This document shows positions 7,810 through 18,442 of a stretch of DNA of 64,000 nucleotides, piece after piece (position 1 is the first letter of the stretch; each line of letters begins with the position of its first letter). Location of the stretch: assembly GCA_000997945.1 (NCBI GenBank), contig LCCP01000002.1, positions 14,284 through 78,283 of the forward strand, given 5' to 3'. Below the pieces are notes generated by a model, which was not told the DNA's origin, did not search any database, and saw only the letters and a list, made by a program, of their open reading frames with translations. Position numbers and translations under genes: made by a program. The stretch is from Parcubacteria group bacterium GW2011_GWC2_42_12 (GTDB lineage Bacteria; Patescibacteriota; Patescibacteriia; Patescibacteriales; GWC2-42-12).

Positions 7810-10800
7810 ATGACCACTAAACCTAAGTTAGAGTTAGCGGGCAGAAAATTTTTTAATGAAACAAAAGTGGCAATTGATTTGCCGGATTTAATTGAAATCC
7901 AAAAAGATTCTTACAATTGGTTTTTGCGCGAGGGACTGGCTGATTTGTTCCAGGAGATTTCTCCGGTGACTGATTTTATCGGCCGCAACCTCGAATTATC
8001 TTTGGAGGATTATTATTTGGATGAGCCGAAATTCGACGAAAGCGAAAGCAAGTCTAAAAACATTACTTATGAATCCTCGCTAAGAGTCAAGGCCCGCTTG
8101 ACCAACAAAAAAACCGGCCAGACGGTTGTGCAAGAAGTCTTCTTAGGTGATTTTCCTTTAATGACCAAGAACGGCACTTTTATCGTTAACGGTATTGAAA
8201 GAGTGGTGGTTTCCCAGCTGATTAGAAGCGCTGGCGTTATTTTTACCTCGGAATTTATTAAGGGCAAGAAATATTACGGCGCCAAAGTCATACCTAACCG
8301 CGGCGCTTGGCTGGAAATTGAAACTGACATGAATAATGTAGTCTGGGTGAGAATAGACAGAAAGAGAAAAGTGGCCATCACTTCTCTGTTCAGGGCTTTT
8401 GGCTATTCAACGGACGAGGAAATAAAAGAGCTTTTCAGCGGCCAAGCTAAAGATCTAAAAACGGCTTTGACAGAGGAGGGGAAAACCGAGTTGAGCTTTA
8501 TTGAAGCGACTCTAGCTAAGGACGCGGCTAAAAATGAAGCCGAGGGCCTGAAAGAAGTATATAAGAGGATCAGGCCTGGCGATTTGGCTACTACCGACAA
8601 TGCCCGGCAATTAATTCATTCCATGTTTTTTAGGTTTGACCGTTACGATTTTGATCGCGTCGGCCGCTATAAGATGAATAAAAAATTTGGCTTGGATGTT
8701 CCTAACGATAAAGCCAACCGAGTTTTAAGAAGAGAGGACTTGGTGGCGATTGTTAAAGAAGTCATTCGCCTGAATATCACCCAGGAGAAAGAAGATGACA
8801 TTGATCATTTAAGCAACCGCCGAGTTAGAGCGGTTGGCGAATTGATTCAAAATAAATTTAGGGTCGGCCTGGCTCGCATGGAAAGAATTATCAGAGACCG
8901 GATGAGTATTATGGATATAGATAGTTTAACGCCGAATAAACTAATTAACGCGCGGCCGGTCATCAGCGTGGTTAAGGAGTTTTTCATGTCAAGCCAGCTC
9001 TCCCAGTTTATGGATCAGACCAATCCTTTAGCCGAGCTGGAGCATAAGAGGCGTCTCTCTGCTATGGGACCGGGCGGATTAACTAGGGAACGGGCCGGTT
9101 TTGAAGTTCGCGATGTGCACGCGACCCATTACAGCCGCATTTGCCCGATTGCCACTCCGGAAGGCCCGAATATCGGGCTGGTCGGGCACTTAGCTAGTTT
9201 CGCCCGGCTGAATAGCTATGGTTTTATTGAAGCGTCGTATCGGGTAGTTCTCCATGATATTGATAATAAGCCGGAGATTAGCGAAGGTAAAACCGCGCGG
9301 GAAGATATTTATGAGATTAAGGGTTCTTCGGCAAGTTCAGGACAGGCGAAACAAGGCAAACTGATTATTAAGGCCGGAGAGGTAATTGATAAAAAGACAG
9401 CCCGCGAACTTAAAGAAAAGCTGCCTCATGTTACCATACCGATCGCGCCGGTTTTAACCGATGAAATTATTTATCTTGATGCTTTTGAAGAAGAAAAATA
9501 TATTACTACCGCCGCCACTACGCCGATTGACGCGGCCGGCCATTTTACGGTCCTAAAAGCTGAAGTCAGAAAATACGGCCGGCCGGCCATGGAAGTGGTG
9601 GAAAAAATAGATTTAATCGGCGTAGCGCCGAATCAAATAGTTTCCGTGGCTACTTCTCTAATTCCGTTTCTAGAACATAACGATGGTATTCGAGCTTTAA
9701 TGGGAACTAACATGCAACGGCAGGCCGTACCTTTGATTACCAGTGAAGCGCCAGTCGTTGGCACCGGCGTGGAAAGGCGGGCCGCGACCGATTCGGGCCA
9801 TATTATTTTGGCCGAAACTGACGGTGAGATTGTTAAGATGGATGGCGGCGCCATAGAAGTTAAAGACAAGACGGGTAAAATAAGCAAGTATGTTTTAAAT
9901 AAATTTCTCCGTTCCAACGCTTCAACTTGCATTAACCAAAGACCGATTGTTAATCGGGGAGATAGGATCAAGCCGGGAGACGTTTTAACCAACAGTTCGG
10001 CCGTTGATCACGGCGAATTGTCGCTCGGGCGCAATGTCCTGGTCGCTTTTATGAGCTGGGAAGGCTTTAACTATGAAGATGCCATAATTATTTCCGAACG
10101 GCTGATAAAAGAAGATGTTTATTCTTCTATTCACATAGAACATTATACGATTGATGTCCGCGACACCAAGCTTGGTCCGGAATTAATCACCAACGATATA
10201 CCCAATATTAGCGAGGAAAAATTGAAAGATTTGGATGAGCGCGGCATTATCCGCGTCGGCGCCGAAGTTTCTTCTGGCGATATTTTAGTCGGTAAGATTA
10301 CTCCCAAGGGCGAAACTGAATTATCGGCTGAAGAAAAACTCTTGCGGGCGATTTTCGGCGAGAAAGCCAAAGACGTTAGAGATTCATCGCTCTACTTAGA
10401 GCATGGCGAGCACGGCAAGGTGGTTGATATCAAGATTTTTTCTCGAGAAGACGGCGACAAGCTGTCCGCCGGAGTCATCCAGTCCATTCAGGTGACGGTG
10501 GCTAATTTGAGAAAAATCCAGATTGGCGATAAAATGGCCGGCCGGCACGGCAATAAAGGCGTTATTTCCAGAATTGTGCCGGTTGAAGACATGCCTTGCC
10601 AAGCCGACGGCACGTCGATTGATATAATTTTGTCGGCCTTGGGCGTAATTTCCAGAATGAACCTGGGCCAGCTCTTAGAGACGCATTTGGGTCTGGCCGC
10701 TAGAAAATTGAATTACCAAGTAGCCGTGCCGTCATTAAACGGCATCTCTGAAGAGCAAATTAAAGACGAGCTTCAGAAAGCCGGCCTGCCGACCGACGGT

Positions 10801-11295
10801 AAAGTTGCTCTTTTTGACGGCAAGTCCGGCGAGCCGTATGATAATAAGATTGTGATTGGCGTCCAATATATGCTGAAACTGAATCATATGGTGGAAGATA
10901 AGATGCACCAACGGTCAATCGGCCCGTATTCCTTGATCACCCAGCAGCCCTTAGGCGGCAAAGCCCAATTCGGCGGCCAGCGCTTTGGCGAAATGGAAGT
11001 TTGGGCTTTAGAAGCTTATGGAGCGGCGCATTGCCTGCAGGAGATTTTAACCATTAAATCGGATGATGTGCCGGGCCGGAGCAAGGCCTATGAATCGATT
11101 ATTAAGGGCGAACCGATCAGAAAGATAAACGTTCCGGAATCTTTTAATGTCTTAGTCAGGGAATTAAAGGGCCTGTGTTTGGATGTGGAGCTTATGCAGG
11201 GTGGCCAAGTAATAGATTTGGAACGGCAGGGGAATGATAAGCCCATGGCGGAAGGGGAGAGAAGAGAGGGCTTTGAGGCCAGAGAGCAGAAATAG
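7810..11295 (+). CDS. rpoB: DNA-directed RNA polymerase subunit beta
   Basis: 1161 aa; conserved RpoB blocks including the rifampicin-cluster region FMDQTNPLAELEHKRRLSAMGPGGL and the C-terminal catalytic region. Confidence 0.97.
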   Translation: MTTKPKLELAGRKFFNETKVAIDLPDLIEIQKDSYNWFLREGLADLFQEISPVTDFIGRNLELSLEDYYLDEPKFDESESKSKNITYESSLRVKARLTNKKTGQTVVQEVFLGDFPLMTKNGTFIVNGIERVVVSQLIRSAGVIFTSEFIKGKKYYGAKVIPNRGAWLEIETDMNNVVWVRIDRKRKVAITSLFRAFGYSTDEEIKELFSGQAKDLKTALTEEGKTELSFIEATLAKDAAKNEAEGLKEVYKRIRPGDLATTDNARQLIHSMFFRFDRYDFDRVGRYKMNKKFGLDVPNDKANRVLRREDLVAIVKEVIRLNITQEKEDDIDHLSNRRVRAVGELIQNKFRVGLARMERIIRDRMSIMDIDSLTPNKLINARPVISVVKEFFMSSQLSQFMDQTNPLAELEHKRRLSAMGPGGLTRERAGFEVRDVHATHYSRICPIATPEGPNIGLVGHLASFARLNSYGFIEASYRVVLHDIDNKPEISEGKTAREDIYEIKGSSASSGQAKQGKLIIKAGEVIDKKTARELKEKLPHVTIPIAPVLTDEIIYLDAFEEEKYITTAATTPIDAAGHFTVLKAEVRKYGRPAMEVVEKIDLIGVAPNQIVSVATSLIPFLEHNDGIRALMGTNMQRQAVPLITSEAPVVGTGVERRAATDSGHIILAETDGEIVKMDGGAIEVKDKTGKISKYVLNKFLRSNASTCINQRPIVNRGDRIKPGDVLTNSSAVDHGELSLGRNVLVAFMSWEGFNYEDAIIISERLIKEDVYSSIHIEHYTIDVRDTKLGPELITNDIPNISEEKLKDLDERGIIRVGAEVSSGDILVGKITPKGETELSAEEKLLRAIFGEKAKDVRDSSLYLEHGEHGKVVDIKIFSREDGDKLSAGVIQSIQVTVANLRKIQIGDKMAGRHGNKGVISRIVPVEDMPCQADGTSIDIILSALGVISRMNLGQLLETHLGLAARKLNYQVAVPSLNGISEEQIKDELQKAGLPTDGKVALFDGKSGEPYDNKIVIGVQYMLKLNHMVEDKMHQRSIGPYSLITQQPLGGKAQFGGQRFGEMEVWALEAYGAAHCLQEILTIKSDDVPGRSKAYESIIKGEPIRKINVPESFNVLVRELKGLCLDVELMQGGQVIDLERQGNDKPMAEGERREGFEAREQK

Positions 11296-11317
11296 CAATA
11301 ATTTTTAAATTTTGTAT

Positions 11318-11508
11318 TGTCATTGCGAGCGACCGAAGGGAGCGTGGTCGTCGCTACGCGAGATCTGGCGTAGTCATGACAATCTCACGAACGGCAATGT
11401 GTCTAATATAAATAGTGGCGAGATTTAATGAAATATAGACATTCGTGAGATTGCGAAGCTTGTCCCGAGCGATAGCGAGGGATCTGTGTTCGCTCCTCGC
11501 AACGACAA
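11318..11508. repeat. MITE-like nested-palindromic repeat, subtype 2, copy A, in the rpoB-rpoC spacer
   Basis: TIRs TGTCATTGCGAGCGACCGAAGGGAGCG ... CGCTCCTCGCAACGACA; inner modules CTACGCGAGATCTGGCGTAG and AATCTCACGAACGGCAA...CATTCGTGAGATTGC. Confidence 0.75.
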
Positions 11509-11517
11509 TAATATATT

Positions 11518-14500
11518 ATGCTTAATCCAATTAAAACTTCCGATTTTGACGCCATTAAATTAAAATTAGCTTCGCCTGAAGTAATTTTAAATTGGTCGCA
11601 TGGCGAAGTCACCAGGCCGGAAACCATAAATTACCGAACGCAGAAACCGGAGAAAGACGGCTTGTTCTGCGAGCGCATTTTCGGGCCGTCCAAGGATTGG
11701 GAATGTTGTTGCGGCAAATACAAGAAAATTCGCTATAAAGGCATAATTTGCGATAAATGCGGGGTGGAGATTACGAGAAGCTTGGTTAGGCGCGAACGGA
11801 TGGGCCATATCAAGTTGGAAGCGCCGGTAACTCATATTTGGTTTTTAAGAGGAACATCTTCAAAAATCGGCTTAATCATGGATCTATCCATGCAGGCACT
11901 GGAGAAAGTGGTTTATTTCGCCAGTTTTATAATTTCTGATGTTAACGAGGAGCTACGGCTGGCTACCATTGAGCAAATTAAGCAAGAATATAAAAATAAA
12001 AGAAAGACCATTGAGCAAGATGGGCAGAAACAGATTAATGAGATCAAAAATAAAAAAGGCAAATTACTCACTCAAGGCAAGAGTGAATTTGAGATTGAAG
12101 ATATCCTAAGCGCGGAAATTGAGGTTTTAGAAAAGATCAGGAATGACAAATATAATGATTTAGAGCAAGCCTTTGACCAAGCGCAGAAGGAACTTAAGGA
12201 CTTAAAGCCGTTAACCATTATTTCCGAAAGCGTTTATCAAAATTTAAGCTTGAAATACGGCCATATCTTTACGGCCGATATTGGCGCCGATGCCGTCAGG
12301 AAGCTATTGGCCAAAGTTGATTTTGCTAAATTAATTCCCATGCTAGAAAAAGAATTAGCCGTGGCGATTGATTCAAAAAAAGATAAATTGATTAGACGTT
12401 TAAAGCTTTTAAAGAGCTTGCAGCAAAATAATTTAAGGCCCGAATGGATGATTTTGACCGTGGTGCCGGTAATACCGCCGGATCTCCGTCCTATGGTGCC
12501 GCTGGACGGCGGCCGGTTCGCCACCTCCGACTTAAATGATTTGTATCGCCGGATTATTAACCGCAATAATCGCTTAAGGCAGCTCTTAGATCTTAACGCG
12601 CCCGAGGTTATTTGCCGCAATGAAAAAAGAATGCTGCAGGAGGCGGTGGACGCGCTGGTAGATAATTCCATCAGGCACGGCAAGACCGTGGTGGCTTCAA
12701 CCGGGCAAAAAAGAATGCTTAAGTCGTTGGCTGATTCGCTTAAAGGCAAGCAAGGCCGGTTCAGGCAGAATTTATTAGGCAAGAGAGTGGATTATTCCGG
12801 CCGCAGCGTCATCGTGGTTAATCCTAATTTAAAATTGGACCAATGCGGTTTGCCCAAGCGCATGGCTTTAGAGTTATTTAAGCCCTTTATTATTTCCCAG
12901 CTCATCAATAAAGAGATTGTTCATAATGTTAGAAGCGCTTCTCGTTTTATTGAATCCGGGAAAGAGGAAGTTTGGGATATTCTGGAAGACATTGTTAAGA
13001 ACGCTTATGTCTTCCTCAATCGCGCGCCGACCCTGCATCGCTTAGGCATCCAGGCCTTTAAGCCGATCTTAATTGAAGGTTTGGCTTTGCAGATTCATCC
13101 GCTCGTTTGTACGGCTTTTAACGCCGACTTTGACGGCGATCAAATGGCCGTTCATGTGCCTTTGACCGAGGAAGCTATCGCCGAAGCTCGCGACATTATG
13201 CTTTCTAGCCACAATCTGCTTAAGCCGGCTACTGGCGACCCGGTAGTAACACCCAACCAAGATATTGTCTGGGGAGCTTTTTATATTACCAATATCGGTC
13301 CAGATTACGCGGCCGTTGATGGAACCAAATTAAAGAATTTTTACGCGCCCGAAGACGCCATGCTGTCCTATAACCTGGAAAATATAAAATTGCAGCAAAA
13401 GATCAGGGTGATGATTAACGGCAAGTTTATCATCACTTCGGTCGGCCGGATTATTTTTAACGAAGCTCTGCCGGTTAAGCTTAGGTTTGTCAACGAAGTC
13501 GTGGGCAAGAGCCGGTTAAGGAATCTAATCAAGGAATGTTTAAGGCACTTTGGCGAGCAAGCGACCATTGATTTATTGGATAAGATTAAAAATACCAGCT
13601 TTAAATATATTACTAAGAGCGGATTATCTTGGGGCATGGATGATATACCTCATCTTTATGAAAAGGATCAGATGATTGTTAATGCTACGGCTCAAGCCGA
13701 AGAAATCGGCGAACAATATCGCGACGGGCTCTTAACCGATAGCGAGCGCTATTCTAAAATTATTGAGCTTTGGACCACGGTTAAAGAGAAGGTTACGGAA
13801 ATTTGCCGTAATCATTTGCCTAAGGACGGACCGGTTTTTTCCATGATTGAATCAGGCGCGCGCGGTTCCTGGGCGCAGTTAACGCAGATTTTGGGCATGA
13901 AGGGCTTGGTAACCTCTCCTTCGGGCGATATTATTGAATTGCCGGTGACGGGTAATTTTAAAAAAGGTTTTAGCGTTTTGGAATATTTTATCGCCACGCA
14001 CGGCGTCCGCAAGGGTTTATCCGATACGGCTTTGAGAACCTCTAACGCCGGTTATTTAACCAGGCGTTTAGTCGATGTTTCCCAGGATATTATCGTGGTG
14101 AATGACGATTGCGGCGACAAAGAAGGGTTATTGATTGTTAAGAAAGAAAGCGAAGAAATGGGCGAGAATTTAGTTAAGCGCATGACCGGCAGATTTTTGG
14201 CGGCTGATTTAAAGAATAAGGCCGGTAAAGTTTTGTTAAAGACCGGCGAGCTCGTAACCGAGGATATCGCGGATAAAATTGCTAAAGAAGATATCAGAGA
14301 AGTGAAAGTTAGGTCAGTCCTGACCTGTAAAATACATCGCGGTATTTGCTCAAAATGCTATGGTTACGATTTGGCCTATAACAAACCGGTGAAAATCGGC
14401 ACGGCCGTAGGTATCATCGCCGCCCAATCCATCGGCGAACCGGGTACGCAGCTTACCATGAGAACTTTCCATACCGGCGGTGTGGCCGGCCAGGAAGATA

Positions 14501-15519
14501 TTACCCAGGGTCTGCCGCGCGTAGAAGAAATATTTGAAGCCAGGCCGCCGAAGAAGAAGGCCTTTATCGCTGATGTTGCCGGTACGGTTAAGATTGAAAC
14601 CGGTCAAAGAACCATTACCAATGAAACCGGCGAGATGATTATCTCTAATCCCCAGGCCAAGATTTTAAAAGTCTATTATCAAGGTTTGGAGACCGAAAAA
14701 TACCATTTTGCCGAAGCGATTCGCGAGGCCGTGCTGGAGAGCAAGACCAATAAGAAACAAGAAGTTCACCCCGTTAAATCCCGCAAGGCGGGAATTCTGC
14801 CGAAAGCAGAATTATTTAACGGGGTAGAAATCTTAGTTAAAGATGGCGTTACGGTTAATAAAAATAGCGAGTTATTTTCCATCGGCAAGAAAGTTTTTAA
14901 AGCTAGGCAATCAGGCATCGTAAAAATAGAAGATAAATTAATTAAAGTCATGAGCCAAGCGGAAAAGACTAAAGAATATGTCGTGCCTAAGGGCTTTGGC
15001 ATTTGGGTTAAGGACGGCGAAGAGATTAAGATCGGCGATCAGCTGACCGACGGCTCGCTGGATCTGCATCAATTGTATAATTTGCGCGACAAGTTGGAAG
15101 TGCAAAAGTATATTATTAAAGAGATTCAATATGTTTATTCTTCCCAGGGCCAGCCTTTGAATGACAAGCATATAGAGATTATCGCGCGCCAGATGTTCGC
15201 CCGGGTTTATGTTAATGATGCCGGCACGACTGAATTATTGCCCGGCGAAATCGTGGAAAAAGCGATTTTTGACCGCGTCAACGATGAAGCAAATCTCGCC
15301 GGAAAGAAAGAAGCCAAAGGCGAAGAACTATTATTAGGTATTACCAAGTCATCGTTAACCACTAATAGCTTTTTATCGGCCGCTTCATTTCAAGAGACGG
15401 CCAGAGTTTTGATTGACGCGGCCGTCACCGGTAAGATTGATTATCTTGAAGGCCTAAAAGAGAATGTCATAATCGGCCGGCCGATTCCGGCCGGAACCGG
15501 GTATCGGGCGCAAGTATAA
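11518..15519 (+). CDS. rpoC: DNA-directed RNA polymerase subunit beta'
   Basis: 1333 aa; Zn-finger CCGKYKKIRYKGIICDKCG, catalytic NADFDGD motif, trigger loop and bridge helix regions. Confidence 0.97.
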   Translation: MLNPIKTSDFDAIKLKLASPEVILNWSHGEVTRPETINYRTQKPEKDGLFCERIFGPSKDWECCCGKYKKIRYKGIICDKCGVEITRSLVRRERMGHIKLEAPVTHIWFLRGTSSKIGLIMDLSMQALEKVVYFASFIISDVNEELRLATIEQIKQEYKNKRKTIEQDGQKQINEIKNKKGKLLTQGKSEFEIEDILSAEIEVLEKIRNDKYNDLEQAFDQAQKELKDLKPLTIISESVYQNLSLKYGHIFTADIGADAVRKLLAKVDFAKLIPMLEKELAVAIDSKKDKLIRRLKLLKSLQQNNLRPEWMILTVVPVIPPDLRPMVPLDGGRFATSDLNDLYRRIINRNNRLRQLLDLNAPEVICRNEKRMLQEAVDALVDNSIRHGKTVVASTGQKRMLKSLADSLKGKQGRFRQNLLGKRVDYSGRSVIVVNPNLKLDQCGLPKRMALELFKPFIISQLINKEIVHNVRSASRFIESGKEEVWDILEDIVKNAYVFLNRAPTLHRLGIQAFKPILIEGLALQIHPLVCTAFNADFDGDQMAVHVPLTEEAIAEARDIMLSSHNLLKPATGDPVVTPNQDIVWGAFYITNIGPDYAAVDGTKLKNFYAPEDAMLSYNLENIKLQQKIRVMINGKFIITSVGRIIFNEALPVKLRFVNEVVGKSRLRNLIKECLRHFGEQATIDLLDKIKNTSFKYITKSGLSWGMDDIPHLYEKDQMIVNATAQAEEIGEQYRDGLLTDSERYSKIIELWTTVKEKVTEICRNHLPKDGPVFSMIESGARGSWAQLTQILGMKGLVTSPSGDIIELPVTGNFKKGFSVLEYFIATHGVRKGLSDTALRTSNAGYLTRRLVDVSQDIIVVNDDCGDKEGLLIVKKESEEMGENLVKRMTGRFLAADLKNKAGKVLLKTGELVTEDIADKIAKEDIREVKVRSVLTCKIHRGICSKCYGYDLAYNKPVKIGTAVGIIAAQSIGEPGTQLTMRTFHTGGVAGQEDITQGLPRVEEIFEARPPKKKAFIADVAGTVKIETGQRTITNETGEMIISNPQAKILKVYYQGLETEKYHFAEAIREAVLESKTNKKQEVHPVKSRKAGILPKAELFNGVEILVKDGVTVNKNSELFSIGKKVFKARQSGIVKIEDKLIKVMSQAEKTKEYVVPKGFGIWVKDGEEIKIGDQLTDGSLDLHQLYNLRDKLEVQKYIIKEIQYVYSSQGQPLNDKHIEIIARQMFARVYVNDAGTTELLPGEIVEKAIFDRVNDEANLAGKKEAKGEELLLGITKSSLTTNSFLSAASFQETARVLIDAAVTGKIDYLEGLKENVIIGRPIPAGTGYRAQV

Positions 15520-15524
15520 TATTA

Positions 15525-15707
15525 TGTCATTGCGAGGAGCTCCGCCAGCGGGCGGAGCGACGCGGCAATCTCTGGTTAGAAAGAAAGACGAGAATAAGAA
15601 AATGCGTTATTAACAAGATAAGATTTTGCTTAGAAGTATTTACAAATGATGTTTGCATGCGCTTTTGACCAGAGATTGCTTCGTCGCTGACGCTCCTCGC
15701 AATGACA
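15525..15707. repeat. MITE-like nested-palindromic repeat, subtype 1, copy B
   Basis: TGTCATTGCGAGGAGC...GGCAATCTCTGGTTAGAAAG...GACCAGAGATTGCTTCGTCGC...CGCTCCTCGCAATGACA, directly after the rpoC stop. Confidence 0.75.
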
Positions 15708-15806
15708 ATTCACATTATTTATTTGTTCTTTTAGATATCAAAAACAAAAAAGGCATTGTGGTTAAACCCGATGCCTTTTTTGTTTAGACAATAGACAAAA
15801 CTATTT

Positions 15807-16628
15807 TTATAATTGACGGATTCTTTCCGAATAGGCAGTAAGAGGCATCTTATGAATAGAGTCTCTCAAGTCCTCCTTAGAAACATTAAACGCGTCAAGA
15901 GTTCCTCTTAGGGCGGATACGGCTACTGCCCAGGCGTCTCGCTCTTCCTTTAAAACATTTTTTCCGGCAAACTCGTTAAGTTTTTGGGGTAAGAAAAAGT
16001 GGAGGTATGGTGAATTATAAATTTTTCTGGCCGTCGATTGTTTCACTGCCGTCCCTAGACCTTTTAGGGCTCCCCCGAGAGTGTCAGAATCAGAAATAAT
16101 TTTTTGCACAACTGTTGTATGACCTATCTCATGCAAAAGAGTCATTATACCCAGGAAGCTGTTAGGAGAAAAATAACAAAACACTTTATTTTTAGCTAAA
16201 CTGCTATGGAAATTTTTATTATCTATGGCAAAAAATATATCACGAACTTCAAAATCTTTCATTAAATCCAGTTCATTACCCGACGGATTATCAATCGAAA
16301 GACCTACCAATCGTCGGAATTTACCGGCTTCAATATCTTGTTTAAGCGATTCGGGGATTTCGTTTGAGGTTGAATAGGAATTAATCTCCTGCTCGCTTAA
16401 TGTTTCGTAAGTATACTCTAGCGTCCAGCCGTCTTTTAATTCAACTTTTTCTTTACCACTTTTTCCGTATTCAATATTGGGGTTAAATAAGCGGCGTACA
16501 CTTTCCGGATGCTGTTCAAAATGTTCCTGTTTGGTTTTGTGTTTTTCCTTGTCTGGCAAGGGAGGCTCAAGACGTCTTTCAAGGTAATTTTTTTTTGGAG
16601 CTTCAAATTTTGGCATTTCAATTCCCAT
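15807..16628 (-). CDS. putative zinc metallopeptidase (HExxH)
   Basis: The track lists this ORF as '+', but only the reverse complement encodes it: 16626..16628 is CAT (ATG), and revcomp of 16100-16125 gives LLHEIGHTT. HEIGH motif; 273 aa. Confidence 0.5.
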   Translation of the reverse strand: MGIEMPKFEAPKKNYLERRLEPPLPDKEKHKTKQEHFEQHPESVRRLFNPNIEYGKSGKEKVELKDGWTLEYTYETLSEQEINSYSTSNEIPESLKQDIEAGKFRRLVGLSIDNPSGNELDLMKDFEVRDIFFAIDNKNFHSSLAKNKVFCYFSPNSFLGIMTLLHEIGHTTVVQKIISDSDTLGGALKGLGTAVKQSTARKIYNSPYLHFFLPQKLNEFAGKNVLKEERDAWAVAVSALRGTLDAFNVSKEDLRDSIHKMPLTAYSERIRQL

Positions 16629-16641
16629 AGCATTGATTTCA

Positions 16642-17577
16642 TTACAAATTATATTTTTTCGCGTTTTCGTCGGCCAGATGCTGGATATAAGCGATTTGCT
16701 CTTTGCCGCGTTGGTCTTTGAATAAATGTTTAAATCGGCCTTGGGGCTTTAAATAATCTTCAACGCGCGGCGGCTGGGCTGGCCGTTTCATAACCTCGCC
16801 CAGTTGGCCGTTAATATATTCCACTACCGGGTAGATGCCGGTTAGGGCGGCTAATTTAGCCAGCTCGATTGTGTCCTTAGGTTCGGTTTTCCAACCCGGA
16901 ATGCAAGGCACGAGAATCTGTAAGTAAGACGGGCCGGCCGCGGCCGCGGCCCTTTTAACTTTTTTTATAATATCCAGGGGGTAGGCGACCGTGGTTTGCG
17001 CCACATATTTTAGGCCATGAGCCAAAGCCACGGCCAGCATGTCTTTTTTCATAAAATGCGAGCCTATGCCGACGAGATCTGGCGATTTGCCGGCCGGCGT
17101 GGTTGTAGTATTGGCCGCCCAAGGCGTGGCCGCGGATGCCTGGGCGCCGGTGTTCATATAGCCCTCATTGTCATAGCAAACATATAAAATATTTTCGCCC
17201 CGTTCCCACAGGCCGCTAATCAGGCCGAAACCAATATCAAAAGTGCCGCCGTCGCCGCCTTGGGCAACCACAAAAATTTTCGAATTACGATTTTCGATTT
17301 TCGATTTGTAGTCCAGCGCCGCTCTAATTCCGCTGGCGACAGGCGCCGCGTTTTCAAATAGCGAATGTATCCAGGGCAGACCCCAGGAGCTTTCCGGATA
17401 GGCGGTGGTGACGACTTCTAAGCAGCCGGTGGCGTTAGCGATAATCGTCTTCGGGCCTAAAGCGTCGGCAACTAAGCGGGCCGCGATCATCTGGCCGCAG
17501 CCGGCGCAGGCGCGGTGGCCGGGAGAGAGCAGAGTTTTTGGCGGTGTTAGTGTAATTTTATTTATAGTGATTGGCAT
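16642..17577 (-). CDS. porB: 2-oxoacid (pyruvate):ferredoxin oxidoreductase beta subunit (TPP-binding)
   Basis: GHRACAGCG cysteine motif and GGDGGTFDIGFG...YDNEGYMNTG TPP-binding motif. Confidence 0.85.
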   Translation of the reverse strand: MPITINKITLTPPKTLLSPGHRACAGCGQMIAARLVADALGPKTIIANATGCLEVVTTAYPESSWGLPWIHSLFENAAPVASGIRAALDYKSKIENRNSKIFVVAQGGDGGTFDIGFGLISGLWERGENILYVCYDNEGYMNTGAQASAATPWAANTTTTPAGKSPDLVGIGSHFMKKDMLAVALAHGLKYVAQTTVAYPLDIIKKVKRAAAAAGPSYLQILVPCIPGWKTEPKDTIELAKLAALTGIYPVVEYINGQLGEVMKRPAQPPRVEDYLKPQGRFKHLFKDQRGKEQIAYIQHLADENAKKYNL

Positions 17578-17654
17578 AATTTTTATTAGTTTAAAATGTA
17601 AAAATTAAAGTTGAAAATGACAGTTAAAAATGTAAAGTGAAAATTTCGCTTGAT

Positions 17655-17755
17655 TGTCATTGCGAGCGATTGAAAGGAGCGAAGCAATCCCTGGTTCGAA
17701 GGGATTTACCAGAGATTGCTTCGTCGCCCTGAGTACAGGGCTCCTCGCAATGACA
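17655..17755. repeat. MITE-like nested-palindromic repeat, short subtype-1 copy C, embedded in a larger AT-rich inverted repeat (about 17585..17818) built from AAAATGTAAAAT motifs
   Basis: TGTCATTGCGAGCGATTGAAAGGAGCGAAGCAATCCCTGGTT...ACCAGAGATTGCTTCGTCGCC...GCTCCTCGCAATGACA; flanking TTTACATTTT/AAAATGTAAA arms are mutually inverted. Confidence 0.7.
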
Positions 17756-17814
17756 AAAGAATTTTAAATTTTACACTGTCATTTTACATTTTGAGATTTC
17801 AATTTTACATTTTT

Positions 17815-18024
17815 TTAATTCGTTTCCATTATTTGTTTTTTTATACTCTCAAGTTTTATTTTATTTTTTTGCTCCACAAATTTAGAGGCATTGAGGATTT
17901 CAATTAGCACCGGTTTTTTACCTTTGGAAAGGTGAATTATAAAATTTCCGAGTTCCAAACAATGGTCAATCGGATCTTTGGCTATTTCCCAACTTAAGAT
18001 ATTGGTTTCAATATCGTATTGCAT
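17815..18024 (-). CDS. DUF2283-family small protein (antitoxin-like partner of DUF4258)
   Basis: MQYDIETNILSWEIAKD...GNFIIHLSKGKKPVLIEILNASKF matches the DUF2283 pattern (YD.E.D.L.I......G.ivGiEIL.AS). Track ORF 17815..18066 starts inside repeat D, so the start is trimmed to the Met outside the repeat. Confidence 0.5.
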   Translation of the reverse strand: MQYDIETNILSWEIAKDPIDHCLELGNFIIHLSKGKKPVLIEILNASKFVEQKNKIKLESIKKQIMETN

Positions 18025-18033
18025 ATCTTTGTT

Positions 18034-18214
18034 TGTCATTGCGAGCTTCTGAAAGAAGCGAAGCAATCTCTGGTTAGAAATGTTTTATTAGTTTAAAGTT
18101 AAATTTCCCCAAACAAAATTTAATTTGTTAATCAGGGCTATTTCCTTTTTTCCATTTTTCTTTCTTACCAGAGATTGCTTCGTCTCCGCCGGCTGGCGGA
18201 TCCTCGCAATGACA
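18034..18214. repeat. MITE-like nested-palindromic repeat, subtype 1, copy D, inserted between the DUF4258 and DUF2283 genes
   Basis: TGTCATTGCGAGCTTCTGAAAGAAGCGAAGCAATCTCTGGTTAGAAA...TTTCTTACCAGAGATTGCTTCGTC...GATCCTCGCAATGACA. Confidence 0.75.
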
Positions 18215-18222
18215 AATAGGAG

Positions 18223-18438
18223 CTATTTCACCGGAAAGAAAGTCATGATTTTTAAAATATCTCCGTCTTTTTTATAAATAACTTTTATGCCTTCCTTTTG
18301 CGCCGCCATTAGCTTGCCCTTGCGATTTTGTTTTTCCGGCGCGGCCACGGCGTCTTCAACCTGTTCGCGCGTAAAAAAAACCTTATGTCTATTTAAAATA
18401 TCAAATTTTTGTTCGGCGTATTTTGTGAAATAAAACAT
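18223..18438 (-). CDS. DUF4258-like small protein (putative toxin of a DUF4258/DUF2283 pair)
   Basis: MFYFTKYAEQKFDILNRHKVFFTREQVEDAV...GIKVIYKKDGDILKIMTFFPVK follows the DUF4258 pattern (FTKHA..K...R...........V.VVY...gd..ViTvy). Confidence 0.45.
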   Translation of the reverse strand: MFYFTKYAEQKFDILNRHKVFFTREQVEDAVAAPEKQNRKGKLMAAQKEGIKVIYKKDGDILKIMTFFPVK

Positions 18439-18442
18439 AAAT

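Noticed and set aside
8067-15171. Antisense ORFs inside rpoB, rpoC, leuS, topA and the giant surface gene (for example 9633..9992, 12237..12782, 54110..54691)
   Set aside because: Fully embedded in well-supported long genes on the opposite strand, typical of GC-skewed or long-ORF shadow frames.
18034-18066. Track start of DUF2283 ORF at 18066 (MLRFFQKLAMTNKD...)
   Set aside because: The first 10-14 codons are encoded by the terminal inverted repeat of copy D; the start was trimmed to the Met at 18024 outside the repeat.
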